Below, piece after piece: positions 1 through 9,698 of a stretch of 64,000 nucleotides of DNA. Numbering within the stretch: position 1 is the first letter of the stretch; the number at the start of each line of letters is the position of its first letter. The stretch lies in the NCBI GenBank assembly GCA_034927345.1, contig JAYFQE010000012.1, positions 30,176 to 94,175 on the forward strand. The letters are read 5' to 3'. Both the position numbers and the translations under genes were made by a program. Source of the stretch: Clostridiaceae bacterium. GTDB lineage: Bacteria > Bacillota > Clostridia > Saccharofermentanales > UBA5734. The notes under the pieces were generated by a model. It did not search any database and was not told the origin of the DNA. It worked only from the letters and a program-made list of their open reading frames with translations.

Positions 1-2
1 AA

Positions 3-929
3 AAATTCGGCGATGAGCAGACGAAAGCGATAACGGATTATCACGACATGCTTAAAGATCCGTCGGTTGATGTTGTTTCGGTCTGCGTTCCCAATTATCT
101 GCACGCCCCGATCTCCATCGATTGCCTGAATGCCGGCAAACATGTGTTATGCGAGAAACCGGCTTCCGTGAACTACCAGCTGGTCTTGGACATGAAGGCC
201 GCCGCCGACCGCAATAACCGGATCCTCAATATCGGCGTCGTCAACCGCTTCAATACCGCTGTCAATAAAGTCCGCGACCTGATCAATGCCGGAGAGCTGG
301 GCGATGTTTACCATATTTATTGTTCATTCCGCGCTCATCGTTCGATACCCGGCCTGGGCGGCCAGTTCACGACCAAAGCGATGGCCGGCGGCGGCGTGCT
401 GATCGACTGGGGCGTCCATTTTATCGATCTGATTTGCTATTGCATCAACACGCCGGTTGTCAAATCCGTATCCGGCGCCGCATACAGCAAGCTGGCGAAT
501 AAAATGACCGATTATGTCTATACGGACATGTGGGCCGGCCCGCCTAAATATGACGGAACCTACGACGTCGAAGAATTCATAACCGGCATGGTCAGAACAG
601 CGGGGCCGAGCATTACCCTCAATGGCGCCTGGGCGCAGAATATTGACGAAGGCGCGATGTTTATTGAATTCATGGGCGACAAGGCCGGCATCAAATTGCA
701 GTATGGCGGCGGCTTCACCCTTTACAGCACCCAGAACGGCATGCTGACCCAAACGGTTTACAATATGAAAATGGCCGACATGTTTTATGATGAAATCGAC
801 GCGTTTATCCATTGCGCCATGGCCGGAGAGAAGATCCGCTCGAATGTCGATCAGGTCCTGGTGACGGCTCAGATTATGGATGCCTTGTATCAGTCGGCTG
901 AAACAAACAAGGAGGTTTCCTTTACATGA
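3..929 (+). CDS. Gfo/Idh/MocA family NAD(P)-dependent oxidoreductase (5'-truncated by window edge)
   Basis: Frame is open from base 3 (KFGDEQTKAITDYHDM...). Motifs DVVSVCVPNYLH, HVLCEKP and GGGVLIDWGVH. The Rossmann GxGxxG lies upstream of the window. Confidence 0.9.
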   Translation, partial: KFGDEQTKAITDYHDMLKDPSVDVVSVCVPNYLHAPISIDCLNAGKHVLCEKPASVNYQLVLDMKAAADRNNRILNIGVVNRFNTAVNKVRDLINAGELGDVYHIYCSFRAHRSIPGLGGQFTTKAMAGGGVLIDWGVHFIDLICYCINTPVVKSVSGAAYSKLANKMTDYVYTDMWAGPPKYDGTYDVEEFITGMVRTAGPSITLNGAWAQNIDEGAMFIEFMGDKAGIKLQYGGGFTLYSTQNGMLTQTVYNMKMADMFYDEIDAFIHCAMAGEKIRSNVDQVLVTAQIMDALYQSAETNKEVSFT

Positions 930-1780
930 AAAAAATCGGTTTTATCGATTATTTTCTTGATGAGTGGCATGCCAACAACTATCCGCTATGGATCAAAGAT
1001 TCCCGCTATGGAAACCGGCTTCAAGTCTTTGGCGCCTGGGCGATGCAGGATAAAACCGGCGGTCTGACAACGCGCCAGTGGTGTGAGAAGTTCGGCGTTC
1101 AGGCCATGCCGTCCCAGGAAGCTCTGATTGAAGCCTGCGACTGTCTGGTTATTTTGTCGCCGGATAATCCGGAATATCATGAAGAACTGTCTAAGCTGGC
1201 TCTGCAGTCGGGCAAGCCGACTTACATCGATAAAACCTTTGCCACCAGTTATGGATCGGCCAGGCGGATGTTCGATCTGGCAGCACAATATCAGACGCCG
1301 ATGTATTCAACTTCATCCCTGCGTTATGCCCGGGAACTCGAGTGGTTTGCCAAAGAAGGAATCAGCCGGAGCGAGGTCAGCTTTGTTTCGGCCCGGGGCC
1401 CCGGCGTATTCTTGAATTACTCCATCCATCAACTGGAGATGATCGTAACCGTCATGGGTCCCGGCGCCTGCCGGGCGCTGGCCTTGAACAACTCGAGTGC
1501 GCCGGTGGTTGTTTATGAATATGCGGATGGCCGCAGCTGCGTTTTAAACCATCTGGCCTGGTCGGGTTTTTCTCTGGCTGCTCAGACCAAAGACGGCCGG
1601 GGCTGTGCTTTAGACATGACAACCGACTTTTGGCCGCCCTTTATCGACGCCTTGCTGAACTTCTTCGAAACCGGCAAACCGGCGGTTTTACAGGACGATA
1701 CCTGCGCGGCGATCGCCATGTACGAAGCCGGTCTCGCGGCTTGTAAAGCGCCCGGCCAGTGGATTAAAATTCCCGGCTGA
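926..1780 (+). CDS. Short, divergent Gfo/Idh/MocA-like oxidoreductase
   Basis: ATGA overlap with the upstream gene. KPTYIDKTF (variant of the EKP motif), STSSLRYA, YSIHQLEM. Confidence 0.7.
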   Translation: MKKIGFIDYFLDEWHANNYPLWIKDSRYGNRLQVFGAWAMQDKTGGLTTRQWCEKFGVQAMPSQEALIEACDCLVILSPDNPEYHEELSKLALQSGKPTYIDKTFATSYGSARRMFDLAAQYQTPMYSTSSLRYARELEWFAKEGISRSEVSFVSARGPGVFLNYSIHQLEMIVTVMGPGACRALALNNSSAPVVVYEYADGRSCVLNHLAWSGFSLAAQTKDGRGCALDMTTDFWPPFIDALLNFFETGKPAVLQDDTCAAIAMYEAGLAACKAPGQWIKIPG

Positions 1781-1806
1781 CAGGATTATTCCCGGCTGAC
1801 AGGATT
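1769..1806 (+). repeat. Perfect 19-bp tandem duplication ATTCCCGGCTGACAGGATT x2 spanning the stop codon
   Basis: Copies at 1769-1787 and 1788-1806, read directly. Confidence 0.95.
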
Positions 1807-1821
1807 TAAGAAACAACACGG

Positions 1822-1862
1822 AAAACCGCCTTAACGTTGAAAAACCTACAGGCGGTTTTTTC
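1822..1862. terminator. Probable bidirectional intrinsic terminator between convergent genes
   Basis: AAAACCGCCT(1822-1831)...AGGCGGTTTT(1850-1859), with an A-run on one side and a T-run on the other. Confidence 0.7.
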
Positions 1863-1881
1863 ATCGGCAGCCGGGCGGCAT

Positions 1882-2733
1882 TTAAATTGATTTCTGGTTC
1901 AGGCGGCGGAAATCGGACGGCGGCAGTCCCTTAACTTTTCGGAACATCTTGGAGAAGAGCAGAGGATCTTCATATCCGACGGCATTGGCAATGCTGCCGA
2001 TGGGCAAGTCCGTATTCTTCAGAAGATCAAGAGAACGATTGATGCGATAGCGAATGAGATATTCTTTGATGGACAGATGCACGTTTTTTTGGAAAACAGC
2101 ACACAGATAACTGCTGTTTAAACCGATATGACCCGATATTTCAGTTATGGATAAATTTTTGCGGGTGTAGTTTTTCGAAATGTAATCGATGGTCGTCCGG
2201 ATATAATCGTCGGCTTGCTTTAACGGAGCAAGCGGTATTTCGGACTTGGCGTTGTGTTCGATCAAACAGGACATGATGCGAAGCAGCAAACCGAGCAGTC
2301 CCAGATTTCGCTCCTGGTATTGGCCGTTGACTTCGGTTATTTGTTTAAAGGTTTGTTCCAGAAGGCCTTCATGATCGCTGCTGAAAAGTAAAGAAGGCGG
2401 CGACAGTCCCGCAAGCTGCATATAGTGCGCCGCGCTGGCGCCGCTGAAATCAATCCAGCACACAGACCAGCCGGAGTCGGAATCGGCCAGGCAAGAGCAG
2501 TCGGCTGCCGGATAAAGGCAGATACCTTGCCGTTTTTGCACTTTAAATACTTTTCCGTCGACAGACAGCGTTAAACTGCCGTCCATAACATAAAACAGAC
2601 GATAATCATCTTCTTGCCCCAGACAGACATTCTGCCGGTGAACGCCCGATTGGATGCCGGCCTGCTGTATGGACAAATCCAGTGAATATTGCGTCATGGT
2701 TTTTACATAATCACGTTTAACCCGGGCGATCAT
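1882..2733 (-). CDS. AraC family transcriptional regulator (cupin ligand domain + HTH)
   Basis: C-terminal IANAVGYEDPLLFSKMFRKVKGLPPSDFR; N-terminal AraC-binding cupin. ATGA overlap with the upstream gene. Confidence 0.9.
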   Translation of the reverse strand: MIARVKRDYVKTMTQYSLDLSIQQAGIQSGVHRQNVCLGQEDDYRLFYVMDGSLTLSVDGKVFKVQKRQGICLYPAADCSCLADSDSGWSVCWIDFSGASAAHYMQLAGLSPPSLLFSSDHEGLLEQTFKQITEVNGQYQERNLGLLGLLLRIMSCLIEHNAKSEIPLAPLKQADDYIRTTIDYISKNYTRKNLSITEISGHIGLNSSYLCAVFQKNVHLSIKEYLIRYRINRSLDLLKNTDLPIGSIANAVGYEDPLLFSKMFRKVKGLPPSDFRRLNQKSI

Positions 2734-4019
2734 GGATCTATCCTGAACCGATTGATTATTTTTAACGCACTGTCGACAAGCTGATAACCTGTTTCCGGGA
2801 TTAAGCGGGTATAGGTCGAGAGCTTTGTTTCATAGCCGCCCTGAGGGAAGGCTTCGCGCGTGGCAATATAACCATAATTGCCGTTCGATAGGGTATCGAT
2901 CATGCAATAAGGCTGATGTGCCTGCTTTTTAATGTCCAGGCCAAATTCGGTAAAAACTTCTCCCGGCAAACCGACCAGCATCAAAGGACCTATCTGAAAA
3001 ACCTGCACGATGGCTGTTTCATCGGCATAGGGATGATCGGCGACGTAAAGCAGCTCATTGGCAAAAAAGCGATCATTTCCATCAGCGGCATCATCATGAG
3101 CACAGCGGTATGCCTGTTCAATTTGGCGGCTTTCCGGGCGCCGGGGACTCAGGGTTAAACGTTCGCATCCCATGTTTATAACCTGATGATCGGCGAACGG
3201 TTCCGAATATTCGGCCGAAAGAACGCGTTCTGCCAGGTACCGCCCTATTTCACGGTAATAATCTTTTTGCATGGTTTTCTCATTATCAATATTGACATGG
3301 TTGATGTTGCCGCATGCGCCGGTTAAAAAGACCGTTACAAATGAGTCTCCATAGGCATCTTTCAAACAGGAAGACAGTTCGCCGGGATAATCGGCGCTCA
3401 AAGCAGTGCCGCCGGCAATGTCGAGGTGGCAGGCAAAATTGACAACGGCGCCCAGCGGCGTGCCATCCGGTTTCTTGACCATCAGAATCGTCAGATCCGG
3501 ATCGACAGGTCCCGCCGGCCGGTCAACCAGCGGATTATGTAAACCGGGATTCGTTCTGTAGGATCCGTCCTTCATCAGGAATCTGCGGTTAAAGGAGTAG
3601 TCTTTGATTGTGCTGACGGCAGCGGACAACACGACCGGCTGACGGTCATGATAGGCTTGAATACCGGCATCGGCGGCTTTCCTGATCATGGTTTCCGTGT
3701 AATGCCGGTCTTTGGTATGGCCATAAGCGGCCACGGCCGGCGCGCCGGTATGCGTATGCGTGGCGGCAATCAAAATCGTTTCGGCCGCCAGCCCGGTTTC
3801 GTCAACAATCCGCTGCCGGATTTGCTCAGCGTCCTCATGATCTATGCAAAGCAGGTCCAGAGCGAGAACGATAAAAGTCTGATGATCGTCGCCAAGGGCC
3901 GCGGCTTTGGCATGCAGCGGATCTTTGACGGCGTCGGAAACGCGGATATAAAGCTGTCCCGGGATATGAAGGCCCAGTTCGGGGGTTATGTCGACTTCCT
4001 TTAAACCACAATAATGCAT
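2730..4019 (-). CDS. Neutral/alkaline ceramidase-like metallo-amidohydrolase
   Basis: DITP, DPLHAKA, ATHTHTGAP, NFACHLD, SADYPG, GACGNINH, LPGEVF and GYIAT...GGYE motifs. No signal peptide. Confidence 0.75.
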   Translation of the reverse strand: MHYCGLKEVDITPELGLHIPGQLYIRVSDAVKDPLHAKAAALGDDHQTFIVLALDLLCIDHEDAEQIRQRIVDETGLAAETILIAATHTHTGAPAVAAYGHTKDRHYTETMIRKAADAGIQAYHDRQPVVLSAAVSTIKDYSFNRRFLMKDGSYRTNPGLHNPLVDRPAGPVDPDLTILMVKKPDGTPLGAVVNFACHLDIAGGTALSADYPGELSSCLKDAYGDSFVTVFLTGACGNINHVNIDNEKTMQKDYYREIGRYLAERVLSAEYSEPFADHQVINMGCERLTLSPRRPESRQIEQAYRCAHDDAADGNDRFFANELLYVADHPYADETAIVQVFQIGPLMLVGLPGEVFTEFGLDIKKQAHQPYCMIDTLSNGNYGYIATREAFPQGGYETKLSTYTRLIPETGYQLVDSALKIINRFRIDP

Positions 4020-4037
4020 ACTTTTCCCTCCTAGTTA

Positions 4038-5312
4038 TTAAGGTTCAAAATCGGAACTAAAAGTTTCGAGACGCGTGTTTTTTATCAAATTATCCAGCAG
4101 CAGTTTTGCTCCGCCCAAAGTCGCCGCGTTTCCTTTGATCTGCGAACAATAAAGATTAGCTGCTTTTCCGCCGGTAGAGGCTTTCAGAGCGGATTGCGAT
4201 ACATAATGATCGATTCGTGAAAGCAGGATGTCGCCCAATTCGGTCATATCACCGCCCAGGATGACGGCCTGAGGATTAAGAAGATTCAGAACCGAACTGA
4301 TGCCGGCAGCCAGAATGCGCGCTGTTTCATCAATAGCCTCCAGCACAAGTTCATCATGATCTAAAGCGGCCTCCCGCAGCACATGGATATTGATCCGATT
4401 GTAATCGCCGCCGGTCAATGCGGATACCTTGGTCGGCCGGCCGGACATCATGCCGTAGACGACGCGTTGGATCAACGCCGGCACATTGGCCATCCGTTCC
4501 AGACAGCCGCGATTGCCGCAAAGACATTTTGGTCCGTTCAGATCGACCGAGAGATGGCCGATTTCGCCGGCCAAACCGTCCGAGCCGCGCAGAAGGCGGC
4601 CGTCAAGGATAATGCCGGATCCGATGCCGACATTGATGTCGATATAAATCAGATTACGTAAGCCGGCGTTATTGCCGATTTCCTTTTCGGCATAAGCCGA
4701 TAAGCTTGACTCATTCTCCAGAATGACCGGTATGTTCGTAAAATGAGAGCGGACGATGTGTAAAAAATCGTTATCTTCATGGATCGGGATTATGGTGGAA
4801 TTAGTGACGACGCCGCGTTTCGGATCAATAAGGCCGGGAACGCCAAGGCAAAGCCCCCAGAGCCGCTGTTCAGGTAAATGGAGTTTTTCAAGCAATTGGG
4901 CGACCGCCTGAATAATACACCGGCCGGCGTCGGCATAATCCTGAATCGGCTCCATGATGCTGCCGATTTCATAGCAAAAAATATCATAAGCCGCGATATA
5001 AATCCCTTCACAAAGCAATTCAGCCGACAAGATATACCCGCCTAAGGGGACAATTTCAAGCATAATGGGTTTTCTGCCGCTGGATTGTGTCGTTTTTGTT
5101 CCTTTATTGACAACTAAGCCGCGCTTGATCAGTTCATCGACCAGAGAGGAGACTGTTGTCGGACTCAGCTGCGTTCTCGCGGTAAGATCGGCGCGTGATA
5201 AGGGCGCAAATTGATAGATCAAGCTGAAGATCACTTTTTGATTGACAGCTTTGACTTGTTGCAAGTTGGCAGTTATTTTCGGCGTCGCCATCTTGTGAAA
5301 CGATGCTGGCAT
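4038..5312 (-). CDS. ROK family transcriptional repressor (XylR/NagC-like)
   Basis: N-terminal HTH (LSRADL...LSPTTVSSLVDELI), GRKP, GEIGH...CLCGNRGCLE. GGAG RBS upstream. Confidence 0.92.
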   Translation of the reverse strand: MPASFHKMATPKITANLQQVKAVNQKVIFSLIYQFAPLSRADLTARTQLSPTTVSSLVDELIKRGLVVNKGTKTTQSSGRKPIMLEIVPLGGYILSAELLCEGIYIAAYDIFCYEIGSIMEPIQDYADAGRCIIQAVAQLLEKLHLPEQRLWGLCLGVPGLIDPKRGVVTNSTIIPIHEDNDFLHIVRSHFTNIPVILENESSLSAYAEKEIGNNAGLRNLIYIDINVGIGSGIILDGRLLRGSDGLAGEIGHLSVDLNGPKCLCGNRGCLERMANVPALIQRVVYGMMSGRPTKVSALTGGDYNRINIHVLREAALDHDELVLEAIDETARILAAGISSVLNLLNPQAVILGGDMTELGDILLSRIDHYVSQSALKASTGGKAANLYCSQIKGNAATLGGAKLLLDNLIKNTRLETFSSDFEP

Positions 5313-5328
5313 GCTTTTACTCCAGAGA

Positions 5329-5498
5329 ATGGAATAATTCCATCATAACATCGAAAAAAAATAATGCAAGATGGATATAAATTGAATTGTTATCTTTATA
5401 AAAGAAACGATCTGGACTAATTTCATACTGACCTTGGATTAAGTCATAATAGGATTATTCCATTCGATGTAAAATCAAAATCGTTAAATGATTTTGAT
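5329..5498. promoter_or_regulatory. Operator-like palindromes in the ROK/PHP divergent intergenic region
   Basis: ATGGAAT-A-ATTCCAT (5329-5343) with degenerate copies at 5412-5426 and 5449-5463. ATCAAAATC-N7-GATTTTGAT (5474-5498). Confidence 0.55.
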
Positions 5499-5585
5499 CA
5501 CTGTTCGGCAGAGTTATGTGATAAGATAACCCTTGGCATACAACAGGTTTGCGACATTACATACAGATCGGAGCTTTGATTTTTC

Positions 5586-6257
5586 ATGAATCATTATCGT
5601 TTTGAAATGCATTTTCACACCGCAGAGGTCAGTTCCTGTGCCACGGTTTCCGCTGCTCAATCAGTCGGATGGTACTTGAATCTGGGTTATTCCGGCATTA
5701 TCGTGACCGATCATTATTGCCGCCAGCATTTTGAGAAAAACGGCGAGATGGACTGGCGCAAACAGATCGACGGATATCTGGCCGGATACGATCTGGCTGT
5801 GGAAACAGCACGGGATACCGGATTGACTGTGCTGATGGGGATGGAAATCCGTTTTGACGAAAACGGCAACGATTATCTTGTTTATGGGATCAGCCGAAAA
5901 CTTCTGATCGATAATCCACATCTTTATGAGATGACTCTTCATTCCTTCAATGTATTGGCCAGGGAGAATAACCTGATGGTTTATCAAGCTCATCCGATGC
6001 GCGATGGAGCGACCATCACCAATCCCTGCCATTTGGACGGCGTGGAAGTCTGTAATGGCTGTGTTCGCCATGACTCGCGCAATGATATTGCCGCCATGTG
6101 GGCGAAAAAGTTTGACCTGCAGGCCATTGCCGGATCTGATTTCCATCAGCCGGGCGATGAAGGCCGGGGCGGATTGGATTTTCATCAACCCGTACCGGAC
6201 AATGAAACTTTGGTCATGCTTTTGTCCAACCAGGCATATACGCTCGTTATTCTCTGA
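5586..6257 (+). CDS. PHP-domain metal-dependent phosphoesterase
   Basis: HFHT, TDH, E, QAHP and GSDFH PHP motifs. Confidence 0.88.
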   Translation: MNHYRFEMHFHTAEVSSCATVSAAQSVGWYLNLGYSGIIVTDHYCRQHFEKNGEMDWRKQIDGYLAGYDLAVETARDTGLTVLMGMEIRFDENGNDYLVYGISRKLLIDNPHLYEMTLHSFNVLARENNLMVYQAHPMRDGATITNPCHLDGVEVCNGCVRHDSRNDIAAMWAKKFDLQAIAGSDFHQPGDEGRGGLDFHQPVPDNETLVMLLSNQAYTLVIL

Positions 6258-6312
6258 AAAAAATATAGTAAAACACGTGTTCAATCTGTAATAGCACTAG
6301 ATATAAACCGCG

Positions 6313-6357
6313 TAAATAAAGCTGAACGCTATTTGACAAGGCGTTCAGCTTTATTTA
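6313..6357 (+). terminator. 17-bp stem-loop terminator after the PHP gene
   Basis: TAAATAAAGCTGAACGC(6313-6329)/GCGTTCAGCTTTATTTA(6341-6357). Confidence 0.75.
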
Positions 6358-6377
6358 AAATTATTTGTAAGATGGGG

Positions 6378-6406
6378 TTGACAGAATGGAACACGTGTAA
6401 TATGAT
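6378..6406 (+). promoter_or_regulatory. sigmaA promoter of the LacI gene with a palindromic operator in the spacer
   Basis: TTGACA(6378)-N17-TATGAT(6401). ACACGTGT at 6391-6398, and a second copy AACACGTGTT at 6272-6281. Confidence 0.75.
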
Positions 6407-6445
6407 CGGAGTTGAACAAAACACCAAGCGAAAGGGGGCGTTGAA

Positions 6446-7447
6446 TTGGGCGGAGTAACAATCAAGGATATTGCTTATGCAGCCGGCGTCAGCCATCCCA
6501 CCGTTTCGAAGGCCTTGAATAACGCTCCCGGTGTTAACGAAGAAACCAAACAGCGCATCCTGAAAATCGCCAAGCAAATGAATTATGTCCCTAATATGGC
6601 TGCCAAGCGCCTCGTCAATAAGAGCAACCGCAGTTTGGGTTTTGTCTGGCCGAAAGCTGAAGGTATCTTTTTCTATCATCTCTGCAATGCGCTGCAGGAA
6701 GAAGCTTTACGCCGGCAGGTCAATGTTCTGGTTTCCATGTCGGAACCTATCACGGCCTTGAAAACGTTTCGCGAGCATTTTATCGATTTTGTCCTCTACT
6801 GGTTTTTCCCCAATTGGACGCCGTCGTCGGATTTTATCCGGGAGCGCGAACAATATCCGGGCGAAGTGGCTATTATCGGCGGCGGTTATATGGATCACGC
6901 CGCAATCATAGAAATCGACCGTATGCAAAGCATTTATAATGCCGTTAAATATCTTGCCGGCCAAGGCCATAAGCGTATCGCTTTTATCGGTGAAGAAACA
7001 GACAAGAGCAACGGTTTCCTGAAGGGGTCGCTGGAGTTGAAGCTGGAATACCATCCGGACTACTTCGTAAAAATTTCCTCGACCTATTACCAGGGCATAC
7101 AGGAAAATCGCAGAGAGTTGGAACAGAAATTCAATAATCTTTGGCAAAGCAGTAACCGGCCGACCGCCCTGATCCTGGATTCTCAGGATACGGCATTTGG
7201 TTTGATCAATATTCTGCGCGAGCATAATATATCGGTGCCGAAAGACGTATCGATCATCAGCTATGACGACATCCCGGAATTGTCGATCTATGAAGTGCCC
7301 CTGACAACATGCGGCCCGTCGATCAAGGAAATGGTACAGATCATCCTTGATCTGTACGATTGTTATAACAATAATGAAACATGGGATAATGTAAGGAAAA
7401 TCGTTTCAAAAATTGTCGTAAGAGATTCCACTCCAGCTATTCATTGA
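6446..7447 (+). CDS. LacI family transcriptional regulator
   Basis: VTIKDIAYAAGVSHPTVSKALN HTH; C-terminal VPKDVSIISYDD...PLTT. TTG start. Confidence 0.93.
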   Translation: MGGVTIKDIAYAAGVSHPTVSKALNNAPGVNEETKQRILKIAKQMNYVPNMAAKRLVNKSNRSLGFVWPKAEGIFFYHLCNALQEEALRRQVNVLVSMSEPITALKTFREHFIDFVLYWFFPNWTPSSDFIREREQYPGEVAIIGGGYMDHAAIIEIDRMQSIYNAVKYLAGQGHKRIAFIGEETDKSNGFLKGSLELKLEYHPDYFVKISSTYYQGIQENRRELEQKFNNLWQSSNRPTALILDSQDTAFGLINILREHNISVPKDVSIISYDDIPELSIYEVPLTTCGPSIKEMVQIILDLYDCYNNNETWDNVRKIVSKIVVRDSTPAIH

Positions 7448-7652
7448 ATACCTATTGGCGGTCCGAACTTTGAAAAATAGATAGTTCATGTATTGGGTGA
7501 AACAAAGATCGTATGAGAGGGTCAAACTTTGCTGCCTCTGATTAAAAGGATGATCAGGATTAATGAGGCTTCTATTTTTGCGCTCAAAAACAGTAAAACG
7601 AAAGGAACAATTGAATCAGATCGGTTTACTGTTATGATTAAGGGGGGTTATT

Positions 7653-8621
7653 GTGGAATCAAATCGTATTGCTCAAACTGCCGTGCCTGATTTGAGGCGG
7701 CATAAAAAGAACAAGATTATCGATCATTATCGCAAATATTGGGTTTTACATCTGATGGCCTTACCAACGATTGTTTTAGTTTTTCTTTTTTCCTACGCCC
7801 CGATGTTCGGTATAGTCGTTGCCTTCCAGGATTATAAAGCGGCTTTGGGCGTTTTTGGAAGCAAGTTCACAGGCTTGAAAAATTTTGAGTTTCTTTTTGC
7901 TTCAACAGATGCCTGGAATATCACGCGCAACACGATTGTCTATAACGTTATATTTATAGTTATGAATTTTTTCTTATCCATATTATTGGCTATCCTTTTC
8001 AGCGAAATGTGGTCAAAGAAGTTGTACAAGACGCTGCAGACAATTTATATCATGCCGAATTTCCTGTCTTATGCGGTTGTTTCCATGATTGTGTACGCTT
8101 TTCTGAACGGCGGCTGCGGATACTTGAACACCCTTCTTGAAAGCATGGGCTTTGAGGGTCAGAACTGGTATCAGACGCGGAGCTTTTGGCCGGGTTTTCT
8201 CATTTTTCTCAACGCCTGGAAAAGCGTCGGCTGGAGTTCCATCATCTATACCGCGACGATCACCGGCATTTCCATGGATTATTACGAAGCGGCCATGCTG
8301 GACGGCGCGTCAAAAATTCAACAGGCCATTCATATAACGATCCCGCATCTCAAGTATATTATGATCATCTTATTCATTATGAGCATCGGCAGCATTTTTC
8401 ACGGCGATTTCGGTCTCTTCTACACGGTTCCGCAAAATAACGGCTATCTTTATCCGGTGACGGATGTTATTGACACGTATATTTATCGGGCTCTGACGCA
8501 GATGACCAATACGGGCATGTCGATGGCCGCGAGCCTTTACCAGTCTGTAGTCGGCTTTGTCATGATCATATTGTCCAATTGGCTTGTGCGGGTTTATGAT
8601 CCTGAAAGCTCTTTGTTCTAG
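7653..8621 (+). CDS. Carbohydrate ABC transporter permease (LplB/YteP-like)
   Basis: Hydrophobic helices, GLKNFEFLF, EAA loop YYEAAMLDGASK, TDVIDTYIYR. Confidence 0.93.
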   Translation: MESNRIAQTAVPDLRRHKKNKIIDHYRKYWVLHLMALPTIVLVFLFSYAPMFGIVVAFQDYKAALGVFGSKFTGLKNFEFLFASTDAWNITRNTIVYNVIFIVMNFFLSILLAILFSEMWSKKLYKTLQTIYIMPNFLSYAVVSMIVYAFLNGGCGYLNTLLESMGFEGQNWYQTRSFWPGFLIFLNAWKSVGWSSIIYTATITGISMDYYEAAMLDGASKIQQAIHITIPHLKYIMIILFIMSIGSIFHGDFGLFYTVPQNNGYLYPVTDVIDTYIYRALTQMTNTGMSMAASLYQSVVGFVMIILSNWLVRVYDPESSLF

Positions 8622-8635
8622 AAAGAGGTATAATC

Positions 8636-9580
8636 ATGAAGGAAAAGAACGTGATTCCGGAAAAAAGAAGCCGCAGCAGTTATAAGTTCTTCAGAGTATC
8701 GGCTCCGGCTAACGCGATCATATCAACGTTTCTGTCTTTGCTTTCTCTGGTGTTTATTTTACCGATGCTCCTGTGCGTCGTGGTTTCCTTTACAAGTAAA
8801 GAAAGCATCGAACAGTTCGGTTATTTATTCATACCTAAAGGCTGGTCGATCTATGCTTATCAAGTTGTCATCAGTTTGGGCGACCAGATCTGGAGCTCAT
8901 ATTTAATCACGATCATCACGACGTTGGTGACAACGGTTCTGGCTCTGCTGGTCATGTCGATGTACGCCTATGTTTTAGCTCATGATACGTTCCCTTTAAA
9001 GCGGATCTATACCTTCTATATCTTTTTCACCATGTTGTTCAGCGGCGGTATGGTTGCCAGTTATATTGTCAATGTGCGCTACCTGCACCTTTACGATAAC
9101 TTCTGGATCCTTGTATTGCCAAGCCTGGTATCGGCCTATAATATCATCATCCTGCGAACGTTTATTCAGACAACTATACCCAAAGAACTCTTTGAAGCAG
9201 CCCGGATCGACGGCGCCGGCGACTTTTATATCTATACCAGGATCGTTTTGCCGCTTTTCAAGGCCGGTTTGGCCACGATCGGATTGTTTACGGTTGTCAG
9301 CAAATGGAACGACTGGTTTACCGCCATGCTTTATATCGAGAATGCCAAATTGATTCCTTTACAGACGATGCTGATCCGGATTCAATCGACGATCCAGTTT
9401 TTAACAGACAATGCAACACTTGCGTCAACGCCCGACGGCGCCCGGTTAAAGGCAACGATACCGACCGACAGCGCCCGCATGGCGATAATGCTGCTGGCCA
9501 CATTCCCCTTGCTTTGCTCCTATCCGTTTTTCCAGCGGTACTTCGTGGAAGGCATGACCATCGGCAGCGTTAAAGGTTAA
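8636..9580 (+). CDS. Carbohydrate ABC transporter permease (LplC/YtcP-like)
   Basis: FFTMLFSGG, EAARIDGA, WNDWF, YPFFQRYFVEGMTIGSVKG. Confidence 0.93.
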   Translation: MKEKNVIPEKRSRSSYKFFRVSAPANAIISTFLSLLSLVFILPMLLCVVVSFTSKESIEQFGYLFIPKGWSIYAYQVVISLGDQIWSSYLITIITTLVTTVLALLVMSMYAYVLAHDTFPLKRIYTFYIFFTMLFSGGMVASYIVNVRYLHLYDNFWILVLPSLVSAYNIIILRTFIQTTIPKELFEAARIDGAGDFYIYTRIVLPLFKAGLATIGLFTVVSKWNDWFTAMLYIENAKLIPLQTMLIRIQSTIQFLTDNATLASTPDGARLKATIPTDSARMAIMLLATFPLLCSYPFFQRYFVEGMTIGSVKG

Positions 9581-9698
9581 CGCGCATAACACGAGCTTTA
9601 GACAAGTGATACACAAGTCGTTTTCATCCGGAACGGACTGCAGCTTTTCCGGATGGCAGATAAATAAAACGAAAAATCTGAAGGAGGATCTATCAAAA

